A stretch of 64,000 bases of DNA from Gemmatales bacterium (lineage in GTDB: Bacteria; Planctomycetota; Planctomycetia; Gemmatales; HRBIN36), in contig JBEPZY010000004.1 of NCBI GenBank assembly GCA_041640595.1, positions 64,001-128,000 of the forward strand, given 5' to 3'. Every line of letters begins with the position of its first letter. Within the stretch, counting starts at the first letter, position 1. Below are positions 26,561-36,996 of this stretch, piece after piece. The translations under genes and the position numbers were made by a program. The notes under the pieces are model-generated. The model was not told where the DNA came from, ran no database searches, and worked only from the letters and a program-made list of their open reading frames with translations.

Positions 26561-28879
26561 CTACTTGGAGGTAGCGGGTTTGTCCACCGGCCAGCGTAAG
26601 TGCTGGCGAAGAAAAGCGAACGTGCCCTGGCCGTGAATCGTGTGTCCGCCCACAAACCATTCGATGCGGCAACGATCGCCAATCCCCAGACGGCCCTGAT
26701 ATAAGTGCCGCACTTTCGCAAACTCATAAGCGACCCGTTCATCGGGAGCTACTCCGTCAAAATGCCCACGCTCTACCATAAACGGCCGGGGACATATCAA
26801 CGCTGCCATCTCAGCATAATTAAAGGTGTTGCCCAGGTCGAATTCAAAAATTTCGTATTCGCCGGTCCAAACATAGCTATACGGGCTTTGCGTCGAAGCG
26901 TTTTTCCACACCCAATCATTGAAATCGGCCGAACAAATGGACAGCTTATAATCGGTCAGCAGGGCTGGGACGCGCATAGCTGTTTTACCCCCGTAACTAA
27001 GACCGTAAAAGCCGATCCGTTCACCGTCCACAAATGGAAGCGATTTCAACCAGTTGAGTATCTGCCGATGCTGAGCGGTAATCAACGAAAAGAGTGTCTT
27101 TTTCAGGGGATAGCACTTCCGCTGAAGCGAACGAAATGCATCGCCGAAAATATAGGGGTTCTGAGGTGCGAATACGACAAAACCTTCCTCGGCCAGGCGT
27201 GCTGCAAAGTCGTTATAAGCGGGGTGCTTGCCGCTAATGACATGCTGAGGCCGGCCCTCTAAACCGTGTTGACAAACTACTACCGGTCGCTTTTCGTTCG
27301 ACTTAATATTATCGGGCACTAATAAGATGCCATATGCGATAACTTCTGGCCAAACCTGCAGCACCACCTCATATCCGTGCCAATTTCGACCCTGATAAGC
27401 CAGCCGAGACCGCGGTCTTGCTGGAATCAACGGTTCGTCAAATTGTCCTATCACTTCCTCGGCGAAATAACGCCGATAGTATTCCTGCGACTTGACAAAA
27501 TTTTCCAGCGAACTGGTGTCCAGCTTGCCCATAAATGCTCGCCGTACGTCTTCGCATTTGACCAGCAACTCCTGCGTATGCCGGTCTAAGCCATCTAATA
27601 ATCTTTTCTGACGTTCTTCGGAATCGTGAGCCTGAATCTTCCAGGGTATGGCAGGACTCTGCTCTGGCACGCTCAGATTCCACACCTGAAGCAAAGCAGC
27701 CACGGCTTCCCGATGCTGAAAGGTTCCGGAAAAGTGCTGGGGAACCACTAACTTTGGTTGCCAGGCTGGCAGTAACGCTGCGACGATTCGCTCTGCCCTG
27801 CGCAATTCCTGGCGGGTTTCCTCAACGCCTGGGCCAACTAATCGCCCTGGTGCCCCTCCCTGGCTGGGAAATTCTACCTGTGGACCCGGGCGAGCCTCTA
27901 TTATCAAGGTCCTGGGAGCAATCAAGGTGGCTATTTCCGCGTCTCCAAATTGCTCCAGCAAGCCAAACACATTTCGCTCAATTGGCTCTCGCCAAAGTTG
28001 TTCGCGGGGAGCAAAATAACCGCTGACAACTGCCGCATGGATGCGCTTATCGAGCGCCGCACTATAAAGGGCCAGCATACCTCCTTCCCCGTAACCGAAA
28101 ATTCCTATAGGCCGTTTAGTTGCTTCAATAGCATCTATAAGAGAAAAAATCGCCTGGATTTCGTAACCAATGATATGACGGCCCAGTTCATAGGCAGGAC
28201 GATAGATATATTCTCGATGCGACATCTTAGCCCGTCCTCTGCGCGCCTCGACTGTCCGACTAACTATTGTTGGAACAAAAACGCGGCAGCCGACTCGTAA
28301 AGCATCCTGCCAGCAGGCCAGACTAGCCAATTCTTCTGGCGTCTGATCAGCATCGGGTATCGCGATTAACTCCGCTCGGATTGGCCCTTTGGGAATCAAA
28401 ACTAAACCTTCCGCGGTATAGGTGGGAAAAACTTTCCAGCGAATATAATATGCGAACCAGGGAGCGTTTTCCGGTGCCAGGTTCGTCAGGGCAGGTTTAT
28501 CGGATTGAGTTAGTTCTCCCACTAGTTCTATGCGAGCAGGCTGAACGCGAACATCGCGCACACCCAGAATCCAGGCCAGTCGCTGGCGGTTAACCTCTAC
28601 CGAGCGCTCGTACGCCTGGAGTGAACTGAAATCTCGATGCCAGTAACGCTCCCGCCTTTGCGCAGATTCTGTCAGCTTTCTGTCTAGAAATTTATGAAGT
28701 CCGTCGAGCATTACTTTGGCAAAATCAGCGGATTGTTCCAGCGGTTCGGTTCCGGGCAACACTGCCGGCGGTGATTTGTTCTCAGCCCCGTTGCCAATCG
28801 CCCCTTTCACCGCTATACCTGCAAAAATTGCTATTGCCGTCAAAATACCTGCCATCATCCACCGATCGCTACGGCCCAT
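26561..28879 (-). CDS. Secreted two-domain alpha/beta hydrolase (dienelactone hydrolase/acetylxylan esterase-like)
   Basis: Signal peptide; two hydrolase-like halves (GYGEGG and GLSYGG elbows; LIAPR and LICPRP; C-terminal GGH); start at 28879 inferred. Confidence 0.8.
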   Translation of the reverse strand: MGRSDRWMMAGILTAIAIFAGIAVKGAIGNGAENKSPPAVLPGTEPLEQSADFAKVMLDGLHKFLDRKLTESAQRRERYWHRDFSSLQAYERSVEVNRQRLAWILGVRDVRVQPARIELVGELTQSDKPALTNLAPENAPWFAYYIRWKVFPTYTAEGLVLIPKGPIRAELIAIPDADQTPEELASLACWQDALRVGCRVFVPTIVSRTVEARRGRAKMSHREYIYRPAYELGRHIIGYEIQAIFSLIDAIEATKRPIGIFGYGEGGMLALYSAALDKRIHAAVVSGYFAPREQLWREPIERNVFGLLEQFGDAEIATLIAPRTLIIEARPGPQVEFPSQGGAPGRLVGPGVEETRQELRRAERIVAALLPAWQPKLVVPQHFSGTFQHREAVAALLQVWNLSVPEQSPAIPWKIQAHDSEERQKRLLDGLDRHTQELLVKCEDVRRAFMGKLDTSSLENFVKSQEYYRRYFAEEVIGQFDEPLIPARPRSRLAYQGRNWHGYEVVLQVWPEVIAYGILLVPDNIKSNEKRPVVVCQHGLEGRPQHVISGKHPAYNDFAARLAEEGFVVFAPQNPYIFGDAFRSLQRKCYPLKKTLFSLITAQHRQILNWLKSLPFVDGERIGFYGLSYGGKTAMRVPALLTDYKLSICSADFNDWVWKNASTQSPYSYVWTGEYEIFEFDLGNTFNYAEMAALICPRPFMVERGHFDGVAPDERVAYEFAKVRHLYQGRLGIGDRCRIEWFVGGHTIHGQGTFAFLRQHLRWPVDKPATSK

Positions 28880-28994
28880 AGCATCGCCCTCCTTTGAAGG
28901 TGCGGGCAGCTTTTTACCCGGCGCCATTACGTTGCCTTGCTTGCAAGTCGGTTTGCGGATAATATATGAATAGCGGCTACTGGAGAGGTAAACT

Positions 28995-29519
28995 ATGCGC
29001 GTACACCTAATAGCTGGATTGTGTGCCTTTCTGAGCGCAGGCGTTCTGGCTGCCCAGGACCATTGGCAAACCTTTGAAGGGCCGGATAAGACCTTTCGTT
29101 TCCAGGGACCTGGCAAACCGAATCTGGAAAAGTACCCGCTGAAAATTGCCGGCAAGGAAATTGTCCTTTACAGCTACCTATTTGTGGATGTGCCCTATGC
29201 CTATATTCTCGGTTATGGCGATTATCCTGCCGACTATATTGCGAAGCGAAAGCCAGAGGAATTGCTGCGGCTCGACCGGGATCGGTTCGTGAAGACCACC
29301 GGTACCAAAATTTTGCAGGAAAAATCCTTACTGCACCAGGGCAGGCCCGGGCTGGAATTCGTCTCCGAAGCCGCGGATACGAAATCGCTCTACCAGGTGC
29401 GGATCGTGCTTGTTGATAATCGCGTCTATGTATTGGCTGTTAGTTTTCCTAACAATGCCGATCCTAAGCCAGCTATCAAATTTCTCGACTCCCTGCACCT
29501 GGTCGAAACCAAGAAGTAG
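28995..29519 (+). CDS. Secreted hypothetical protein (possibly PsbP/DcrB-like fold)
   Basis: GGAGAGG RBS, signal peptide ending VLA-AQ, C-terminal KFLDSL; fold assignment tentative. Confidence 0.7.
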   Translation: MRVHLIAGLCAFLSAGVLAAQDHWQTFEGPDKTFRFQGPGKPNLEKYPLKIAGKEIVLYSYLFVDVPYAYILGYGDYPADYIAKRKPEELLRLDRDRFVKTTGTKILQEKSLLHQGRPGLEFVSEAADTKSLYQVRIVLVDNRVYVLAVSFPNNADPKPAIKFLDSLHLVETKK

Positions 29520-29627
29520 AAACCACTAACCTGGACAATCGCCCTTTCGCACACTTCGCCAAGCTATTAGAAACACTAAGCGCAACACGTGCCCCAGCTG
29601 ACTGCTTTTGTAGGGGTTCGACCGTCA

Positions 29628-30722
29628 TCAGCCTCGGGAGAGAAAGTCGCGATAAAGGTTATGAAAGGTTTGCAGCAGTGTTTTCTCGCTCAAGTTATTA
29701 GCAGCATAAGACGCGGCGTTATGGCTAAGGTGATCACGTAAGTATGATGATTCCAGGCACTGGCGGCTTTGATAGGCTAATGCCACCGGGTCCTGGTTCG
29801 GAATGAGGATGCCATTCTCGCCCGGTCTAATAATTTCCCTTACCCAGGGCGAATCCAGAGCGATGACGGATTTTCCGGCGGCTAACGCGGACGTCAGATA
29901 AAACCAGCTGTCAGAAGCGTCCGAACAAATCCAAACGAGTTTTGCGAGAGCCAGCCACACACCAAGGTCGGTAGCGTTGCTCAGAAACTGAACGTAATCC
30001 TGAACATGCAAGTCACGGGTAAATTGTTGCCATCGTCGCTGTTCCGGTCCGTTGCCGAGAATGACTAAGTATATATCGAGGCCTGCGTGAATAAGGATGT
30101 CTATGGCCCAGATTATTATCTTGATTTGCGACGTCGCCGTGAATGTCCCGCATGCCACGATCAGTTGGCGGTCTGCAGCGAGACGCTGGACAGTTCCCGG
30201 CATTTCCAATCGTTTTTGGTCGAACAATTGCTGATGCGCCGCTAGTGGGACTGAATAAATCTTAGAATGCGGCAGGCCCAGTTGCAGCAACTTATCCGCG
30301 ACACAACGAAAAGGTGTGCATATTCCGACATCCCGCCGGTGTAAGTGGCCCACTATAGAATGGCCGAATAAGCTCGGGGACGGTTGCTGTAAATATAGAG
30401 CAAGCATCGGACTGCTAAGCGACGTTAGCATGCCCAGGCGCGTCCAGAGGTGGGAAGGCCAGTCACAACTCTGTACCAAACCGGGGTTTAATTTTTTTAC
30501 AAAACGCGGGGCAAAAAGCGGTGCGAAAAGACGGGAGCGTGATAACGTGAACGTCCTGATAGAGATACTGGATTCTTTTAAATAGGGGGAAGCCCGACCA
30601 CCAGTACGGGTGAGCAGGGTAACGTTGTAGCCTTTTTGCGTGAGACCGTCCGCCAGGTAGCCAAGATAATAGACAGCTCCGATGCGGTCGAGACTGTCGA
30701 GGGTGAAAAGCACATCCGACAC
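29628..30722 (-). CDS. Divergent GT4-like glycosyltransferase (GT-B fold)
   Basis: LVILGNGPE, ALAAGKSVIA, REIIRPGENGILI; GTG start at 30722 with AGGAG RBS; EX7E motif absent. Confidence 0.75.
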   Translation of the reverse strand: MSDVLFTLDSLDRIGAVYYLGYLADGLTQKGYNVTLLTRTGGRASPYLKESSISIRTFTLSRSRLFAPLFAPRFVKKLNPGLVQSCDWPSHLWTRLGMLTSLSSPMLALYLQQPSPSLFGHSIVGHLHRRDVGICTPFRCVADKLLQLGLPHSKIYSVPLAAHQQLFDQKRLEMPGTVQRLAADRQLIVACGTFTATSQIKIIIWAIDILIHAGLDIYLVILGNGPEQRRWQQFTRDLHVQDYVQFLSNATDLGVWLALAKLVWICSDASDSWFYLTSALAAGKSVIALDSPWVREIIRPGENGILIPNQDPVALAYQSRQCLESSYLRDHLSHNAASYAANNLSEKTLLQTFHNLYRDFLSRG

Positions 30723-30735
30723 GCTTGCGCTCCTG

Positions 30736-31764
30736 TCAGCTGCGTGGCGGAGCCATAGAGAGATCAACGTCGGTTTCCCGCAGAAATTCTGCGGCCTGTT
30801 CTGGCGGCACCGGATTAATATAGAAGCCGGTTCCCCATTCAAACCCAGCGACACGGGTCAAGCGAGGAATAATTTCCATGTGCCAGTGGTAGTGTGGCAA
30901 GGATTGCGTATCGAAGGGAGCAGTGTGGATGATATAGTTATAAGGGGGTTTATCCAGGGCCGTTTCCAGTTTCAATAAGACCGTTTTCAGCACCGTACCA
31001 AGTTCATCAATCTCCATCTTCTGGATATTTTCATAATGGCTGTTATGCAGCTTGGGAACAATCCAGGTCTCAAAGGGAAACCTGCTGGCGAAAGGACAGA
31101 GAGCCACGAAGTTTGGCGTGTCCAGAACGACGCGCTTTTCGGTGGCGAGTTCCTGGGCGATCATATCGCAGTAAATACAACGGCCACGGTAATTGAAAAA
31201 ATCCGCCGCACCTTGCATTTCTTCCAGCACGTTGATGGGAACAATAGGGGTAACAATAAGCTGAGAGTGAGTATGTTCCAGCGAGGCTCCGGCTAACGCA
31301 CCGACGTTTTTGAATACCATGCCGTAAACTAAGCGAGGATCTTTTTTCAAATCCACGAGGCGATCGCGATATGCCCACAAGACTTCGCGGATGTTTTCCT
31401 CCGTCAAACCAGTCATCGAGACCTCATGGAACGGGCACTCGATAATCACCTCATGGGCCCCTATCCCGTTCATCTTATCATAAATGCCTTCGCCACGTTT
31501 ATTGAGATTTCCTTCGACCTGCAAAGCGGGAAACTTGTTAGGAACAACGCGGACGCGCCAGCCTGGTTTATTAGGTTGGGACTGGCGATCGCGGTAAGCG
31601 AGAATTTCGTTAGGGGTTTTGTCTTCCTGACCTTCGCAGAACGGACATAGGCTACCGCTGGGTATAGTACGGGGTTCGAGTTTAGGCATAACAGTGCGTT
31701 TGGCGCGTTCGGTGGCGATAATAACCCACCGGCCAACAATGGGGTCCTTACGCAGTTCCGGCAT
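30736..31764 (-). CDS. galT: GalT-family hexose-1-phosphate nucleotidylyltransferase
   Basis: [34 protein letters not shown] (HxHxQ), [14 protein letters not shown]. Confidence 0.92.
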   Translation of the reverse strand: MPELRKDPIVGRWVIIATERAKRTVMPKLEPRTIPSGSLCPFCEGQEDKTPNEILAYRDRQSQPNKPGWRVRVVPNKFPALQVEGNLNKRGEGIYDKMNGIGAHEVIIECPFHEVSMTGLTEENIREVLWAYRDRLVDLKKDPRLVYGMVFKNVGALAGASLEHTHSQLIVTPIVPINVLEEMQGAADFFNYRGRCIYCDMIAQELATEKRVVLDTPNFVALCPFASRFPFETWIVPKLHNSHYENIQKMEIDELGTVLKTVLLKLETALDKPPYNYIIHTAPFDTQSLPHYHWHMEIIPRLTRVAGFEWGTGFYINPVPPEQAAEFLRETDVDLSMAPPRS

Positions 31765-31863
31765 GGGCAAGCTCCTGAGACTAAAGCGCGGTACCTGGAT
31801 TGCAGGTGTGGTCATAATCGAGGTCGCAGCTTACTTGATCCGGATATAAGGGATGGAGAAAGC

Positions 31864-34047
31864 TTAGACATCCCAGTTAATCCGTTCAAAGTCCGGACTC
31901 GGGCGCTGTAATTGTATAGTGGAATCGCGGGGGGCACGGTCCCGGCTCTGGTTACCTTGCATAAGTTCGACATAGAAAGCCAGGGGCTGATCGACGGCCA
32001 GGCCGAGAGCGTCGAAGGGAATGGCGAATTCCGCTACCTGGAGTTGTGCGAAAGCCAGCCCAGGGGCTGATATCTCTTTTCCGTCGCGAAGCAGGCGTAC
32101 TTTAGGATGAGGCGAACCTGGGTCCAGGACTTCGACTTCATAGCCTTCTGGCTGAGCGAAACGGACGCGGAGACGATCGTAAGCGGGCAATACCTGGGCA
32201 GCAGGAGCGTCGAAGTCAATACGCAGGAAAAGCAGTTCCGGAGTAAAACCGAAATAGATTTCGGTAATCGGGCCTGGGGTAACCATGACCATCGTGCCGC
32301 GTTCTTCGTGGACGCTGTAACGACCGGCACCGATCCACTCCAGGGGCCGACGGCGACCGTCCACACGGATTTCGACGAACGAGGTAGGCTGGGTGTGGAT
32401 GGCGCGAACGGCGCGGCGGCGAATTCGCTGGGCCAGAATCGGCGGCGGTTGCGTGCCCAGTAGCAGATAAACATTTTGCAAGTGCTTGCGAAACAGAAAG
32501 TCGAAAACCACATCTTGAGCACTGCTGTTATGAGGTCCGTACCACCAGAACCAGTCACTTCCTTCAGCGATGTAGATTTCACGCCAGGCACGCTGCAGAA
32601 CTTCGGGGGGTAAATTTCCCTGTTCCTGGTGCTGGCGTAGAAACTCCCGCGTCTGGTGCAGCAGGTCCCAGGCAGTGTTGTCTTCATCGTGGCCGATCCA
32701 GATGTCGAAATTAGCATGGATCCAGCTTCCGGCCACCAGACGGGGCAGGGTGTTACGCGGAGGTTTGTCCCGAAGAAAGTCGCTCATGCGCACCGGCTCG
32801 ATGCCCCGTGTGCTGACGCAGCCGCGGTACAGTGCCCGCAGAAAGGCCACACCACCGCCTGGGTAATGCTCCCAGCAATTTTCGCCGTCCAAAATCACAG
32901 GCACCAGCACAGGCCGACCGTCCGGAATAGCCCGACCAATGGCCTTCACCTTCTCCAGAAAATCCTGGGCGGCTTCTTCGCCATCGCTACGCTGGTAGTG
33001 GAAACCGATCAGGTCGCTGAGGGCGTGATCGCGAAAGACGACGGCGAGTCGAGCGTTGCCTTCCTGAACCCAGTAAGGCTGGTAAAGTTGTTCGGGGTTG
33101 CGGACATAACCTCGAGGATCACGGCTGACGATACCGTGGGTAGAAACGCGCAGCACTTCTTCGTCCGTCGCCATCCACTCAATACCGTGGGCCGCCAGAA
33201 TAGGTACCATACTTTGACACACTGCTCCTTCGGCTGGCCACATACCTCGGGGAGCAAACCCGAAGACGGCCTGATGGTACTGAATGGCTTCACGGACATG
33301 CCACTGCGCATCTTCGAGATACGGGGTCAGAAACCGAGGCAGCTTGACTTCGGGCATGGTTTCACGGGCCAGGCGTTTGTCGAGCAGTAACGGCAGGATG
33401 GGATGGTAATAAGGGGTCGTGGTCAACTCGATTTGCCCTGACTCAGCCAGTTGGCGATACAGGGGAAGAATGCGGCTCAGAATTTCGCGATGACGTGTCA
33501 GTACCAGCTGCTTATCGCTTTCGCTGAAATAACGGCCCTTGCGAACGAGTTCTTTGAGGTCTGCGTCCTGTTCAATGACCAGGGGATGAATCCAGGTGAG
33601 ATTGAACCAGACCTGCAAATCGCGCAGTTCCGATTCCTGAAATCGGCGCAGTGCCGCCTCGGCAGGCAGTTTTCCCATATCCCTGCGGGTGTACAGTTCT
33701 CGATAACGAGGATACGGCAGGATCATGTGCTGGGGATTGGCAAAGAAAAAATTGTTGAGCAAAAAAAGGGCTTGTTCTTCGCTGAGGTCTGCCGCGGGAA
33801 TTTCCGAAACTTCCAGAAAACGGTCCGTCCCTTTATGTTCCGTATAGCGGCGAATCTGTTCCACCAGGCACGGAACGAAGTTAACCGTGCAACGCATTTC
33901 TGGAACTTCCTGCAAATGTAAAGCCATGCCGTAATAACTCTTGACACCATGCAGGCGAACCCAGGGCATCAGGTTTTCCCCGGCTACATCGTCGGGATAC
34001 CAGGGCTGATGCATGTGCCACAAAAAGGCCAAAGCGACGTCGCTCAT
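31864..34047 (-). CDS. GH57 glycoside hydrolase (amylopullulanase-like)
   Basis: WHMHQP, HPILPLL, MWPAEG (nucleophile), LDGENCWE (acid/base), AEGSDWFWW. Confidence 0.93.
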   Translation of the reverse strand: MSDVALAFLWHMHQPWYPDDVAGENLMPWVRLHGVKSYYGMALHLQEVPEMRCTVNFVPCLVEQIRRYTEHKGTDRFLEVSEIPAADLSEEQALFLLNNFFFANPQHMILPYPRYRELYTRRDMGKLPAEAALRRFQESELRDLQVWFNLTWIHPLVIEQDADLKELVRKGRYFSESDKQLVLTRHREILSRILPLYRQLAESGQIELTTTPYYHPILPLLLDKRLARETMPEVKLPRFLTPYLEDAQWHVREAIQYHQAVFGFAPRGMWPAEGAVCQSMVPILAAHGIEWMATDEEVLRVSTHGIVSRDPRGYVRNPEQLYQPYWVQEGNARLAVVFRDHALSDLIGFHYQRSDGEEAAQDFLEKVKAIGRAIPDGRPVLVPVILDGENCWEHYPGGGVAFLRALYRGCVSTRGIEPVRMSDFLRDKPPRNTLPRLVAGSWIHANFDIWIGHDEDNTAWDLLHQTREFLRQHQEQGNLPPEVLQRAWREIYIAEGSDWFWWYGPHNSSAQDVVFDFLFRKHLQNVYLLLGTQPPPILAQRIRRRAVRAIHTQPTSFVEIRVDGRRRPLEWIGAGRYSVHEERGTMVMVTPGPITEIYFGFTPELLFLRIDFDAPAAQVLPAYDRLRVRFAQPEGYEVEVLDPGSPHPKVRLLRDGKEISAPGLAFAQLQVAEFAIPFDALGLAVDQPLAFYVELMQGNQSRDRAPRDSTIQLQRPSPDFERINWDV

Positions 34048-34115
34048 GCCAGTACCTCAAAAAGCGGGCAAGCTTCTGGAAGCCTACGCCGATCGGGCTG
34101 AATCTCCGCAGCCAG

Positions 34116-35618
34116 TCAGTGGTGTGTCAGGAGGCGATGGTAGGCGTTTTCATATTCGGCAGCGCTGCGATCCCATGACCAGTCCTGGCGCATGCCGGTG
34201 TTTTGTAACTGACGCCAGATTTCAGGATGGTTGCGGAAAGTAGCTATGGCCCGTCGCAACGCTTCCAACAAGGCTTCGGCGGTGTATGGTTCAAAGCAAA
34301 AACCGTTGGCGGTGCCCGCGGCAAGTGTTTCTGGGGTGCAATCGGTGATGGTATCGGCCAGGCCACCCGTTTTTCGCACCACCGGCACCGTGCCATAACG
34401 CAAACTGTAGAGCTGGCTCAGACCGGAAGGCTCAAAGCGGCTGGGCATCAAAAAAATGTCCCCGCCGGCCTCGAACAAATGGGCCAGCGGTTCGTTGAAT
34501 TCCAGCACCGCGACGAATTTATTGGGGTGCTGCTCCTGCAGTCGCCGCAATAACTGGTGGTAGCGTGGTTCGCCCACTCCCAGGACAGCCCACTGGATGT
34601 CCCATCGGAGTATTTCTTCCGCTGCCTGCTCTACCAGGTCGAGCCCCTTTTGTTCAACCAGGCGTGAGACCATGACGACCAAGGGCACGCCTGGCCGCAT
34701 GGGTAACCCCAGGCGTTCGCACAGCACGCGGCGACACTCCCGTTTACCGGCGACCACCGTTTCCGCGGTGTAGTGGCAGGGCAGATACGGGTCATGAGCG
34801 GGGTCCCACTGGCTGTAATCCACACCGTTGAGGATACCGAGCAACTTGTGGCGATGCTCGCGCAAGACGCCTTCCAGACCGCAGCCATATTCGGACGTTT
34901 GAATTTCCTCGGCATAGCGGCGACTGACAGTGGTGAGCAGGTCTGCGAAAACAATACCCGCTTTGAGGAAGTTGAGTTTGCCATAAAACTCCAGCTCGCG
35001 CCAGTTGAACAGCGACCAGTCGAGGCCGGTCAGAATCATATCCCAGTGCCAGAACAGTCCCTGGTAGGCGAGGTTGTGGATCGTCAGAACGGTTTTGGGA
35101 ACCGGTTGAGACCACCGCGACGCATAAAGTTTTTTCACGTACACAGGAATGAGGGCGGTCTGCCAGTCATGGAGATGCAGAATGTCGGGCCAGAATGCGA
35201 AACTGGGCAGTGCTTCCAGGGTAGCGCGACACAGGAAAATGAAGCGGCTGGCGTTGTCGGCATAGTCGGCCGTCCTGCTGTCGGGCAGACGATACTGATA
35301 GAGGTCAGCGCCGCTTTTGGGGTCGTCCCGTTCGTAGAACTCGGTTTGTTCGAGAAAATAGACGGGAATGTCGGTGCCGGGAAAGGTGCCGCGGTACCAG
35401 CGACCGGTATATAAGCGCTGGCCGAGTGGGATGCTGACGGTGGTGTCGGCAATGGTCGGGCAAAACTTGCTCTGTTTCACGCAGCGATACAAAGGCATTG
35501 CCAGAGCGACTTGATGCCCCCGGCGTGCCATAGCGCGAGGCAAAGCCGCCAGCACATCGGCCAGACCACCTGTCTTTGCAAAAGGTGCAATCTCGGGACT
35601 GACGTAGAGAATTTTCAC
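34116..35618 (-). CDS. glgA: Glycogen synthase
   Basis: KTGGLADV, HDWQT, TIHNLAYQG, MPSRFEPSGLSQ. Confidence 0.96.
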   Translation of the reverse strand: MKILYVSPEIAPFAKTGGLADVLAALPRAMARRGHQVALAMPLYRCVKQSKFCPTIADTTVSIPLGQRLYTGRWYRGTFPGTDIPVYFLEQTEFYERDDPKSGADLYQYRLPDSRTADYADNASRFIFLCRATLEALPSFAFWPDILHLHDWQTALIPVYVKKLYASRWSQPVPKTVLTIHNLAYQGLFWHWDMILTGLDWSLFNWRELEFYGKLNFLKAGIVFADLLTTVSRRYAEEIQTSEYGCGLEGVLREHRHKLLGILNGVDYSQWDPAHDPYLPCHYTAETVVAGKRECRRVLCERLGLPMRPGVPLVVMVSRLVEQKGLDLVEQAAEEILRWDIQWAVLGVGEPRYHQLLRRLQEQHPNKFVAVLEFNEPLAHLFEAGGDIFLMPSRFEPSGLSQLYSLRYGTVPVVRKTGGLADTITDCTPETLAAGTANGFCFEPYTAEALLEALRRAIATFRNHPEIWRQLQNTGMRQDWSWDRSAAEYENAYHRLLTHH

Positions 35619-35873
35619 CGCTGGAATCGAGGCTACGGCATCTGTCTATGATAAAAGCCGAGTTTACCCCACGCGCTCGGTTCACCAGCTGAGTAGCTTA
35701 GCACAGTAGCAGCACGGGGGCTAATGGATGCATTGTACTGTCTGCTGCGATGGAATAAAGCTGTGGCTGTTAGTTGCCGTCAGGCCCGGCTTTACGCAGA
35801 AAGTATCGCATATACCCACCGTAAAAGGAGGACAAGCGTTCGGCCAGGATGCGGCTGGTTCTATACGGATCAG

Positions 35874-36644
35874 CTAAGCAGCAAGGGAGCGGACCTGGTT
35901 TGTTTGCTGGCGATACTGAGCGACAAAGCGGCGGTAATCTTCCCAGGTGTCAACGCCGCGAGCCGCCTCCGCTACCAGACCGACCTGGATGCGGGCCCCC
36001 AATGCCAGAGCGCGTAACTGTTCGAGTTTTTCGAGCTGTTCCAGGGGATGTGGTGGAGTACTGGCAAAACGAAGCAGAAAGTCCCGCCGGTAGGCGTATA
36101 ACCCGACATGGCGTAAAAACATGGCCGGCAACGCTGTCCAGTTCGGCTGTCCGTCGCGGACATGGGGAATGGGACTGCGGCTGAAATACAGAGCCTGGCC
36201 GTGTTCGTTCAGCACCACCTTGACCACAGCAGGGTCTTCGTATTCCTCGCGCGAGCGAATCGGGGTGGCGAGAGTGGCCAGCTCGCAATCCGGATGACGC
36301 TGCAGCAGCTCGATGACATAATCGAGGTGGGCAGGTTCCACCAGAGGTTCATCGCCCTGGAGATTAACAAATACTTCCGCCGACAAAGAACGTGCCACTT
36401 CCGCCACTCGTTCGGAACCGCAGGTATGTTCCCGGCTGGTGCGGAGCACTGGCGCGCCGAAAGTGCTGGCGGCTGCTTCGACCCGCGGGTCGTCCGTCGC
36501 AATCACCACCTGTTGTGCTCTGCGGGCTAAACAGGCGCGCTCATAAACATGCTGCACCAGATATTTGCCCGTCTCCTTCAGGAGCACCTTCGCCGGCAAA
36601 CGCTGCGATGCATAGCGTGCCGGAATGACAATGATCGCATTCAC
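35874..36644 (-). CDS. kdsB: 3-deoxy-manno-octulosonate cytidylyltransferase
   Basis: IPARYASQRLPAK, VNLQGDEP, LYFSRSPIP, EKLEQLRAL; GTG start with AGGAGG RBS. Confidence 0.95.
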   Translation of the reverse strand: MNAIIVIPARYASQRLPAKVLLKETGKYLVQHVYERACLARRAQQVVIATDDPRVEAAASTFGAPVLRTSREHTCGSERVAEVARSLSAEVFVNLQGDEPLVEPAHLDYVIELLQRHPDCELATLATPIRSREEYEDPAVVKVVLNEHGQALYFSRSPIPHVRDGQPNWTALPAMFLRHVGLYAYRRDFLLRFASTPPHPLEQLEKLEQLRALALGARIQVGLVAEAARGVDTWEDYRRFVAQYRQQTNQVRSLAA

Positions 36645-36996
36645 GCCGGACCTCCTTACCTCCTTTTCCTGGACTGGCTCAGGGTACTGCTTGTGTGTTG
36701 CCGACTGCGGCAATTCCGAGACCCGAGCCTGTGCCTTGTTCCCTGGCGTTTGGATTGGCCGCGTTCGTTAGGGCGACGCCTAGTTTACCCGCTAGTCCAC
36801 AATTCAAGCAAGCCCATGCCGAAGCCGTGCGCTTGCGGTTGGCTGAACCCCCTATGTTCACCGATGCTCGCACAGTTCCCGGCCGGTCGAATAGAATCAT
36901 GCGAACGGTAGAAGAGGCTCACCGTGAGCCTGGCACGATATGTCTCGAAAGCCGGAAGCCTCGGATAAGACTGGGAAGCAGCTGGCTCCAGCAGTC

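Noticed and set aside
28880..29155. N-terminal extension of the 864-aa hydrolase ORF (similar extensions on yggS, purF, nadK, kdsB and GT4)
   Set aside because: They overlap neighbouring genes or lack homology; downstream starts with an RBS or signal peptide fit better.
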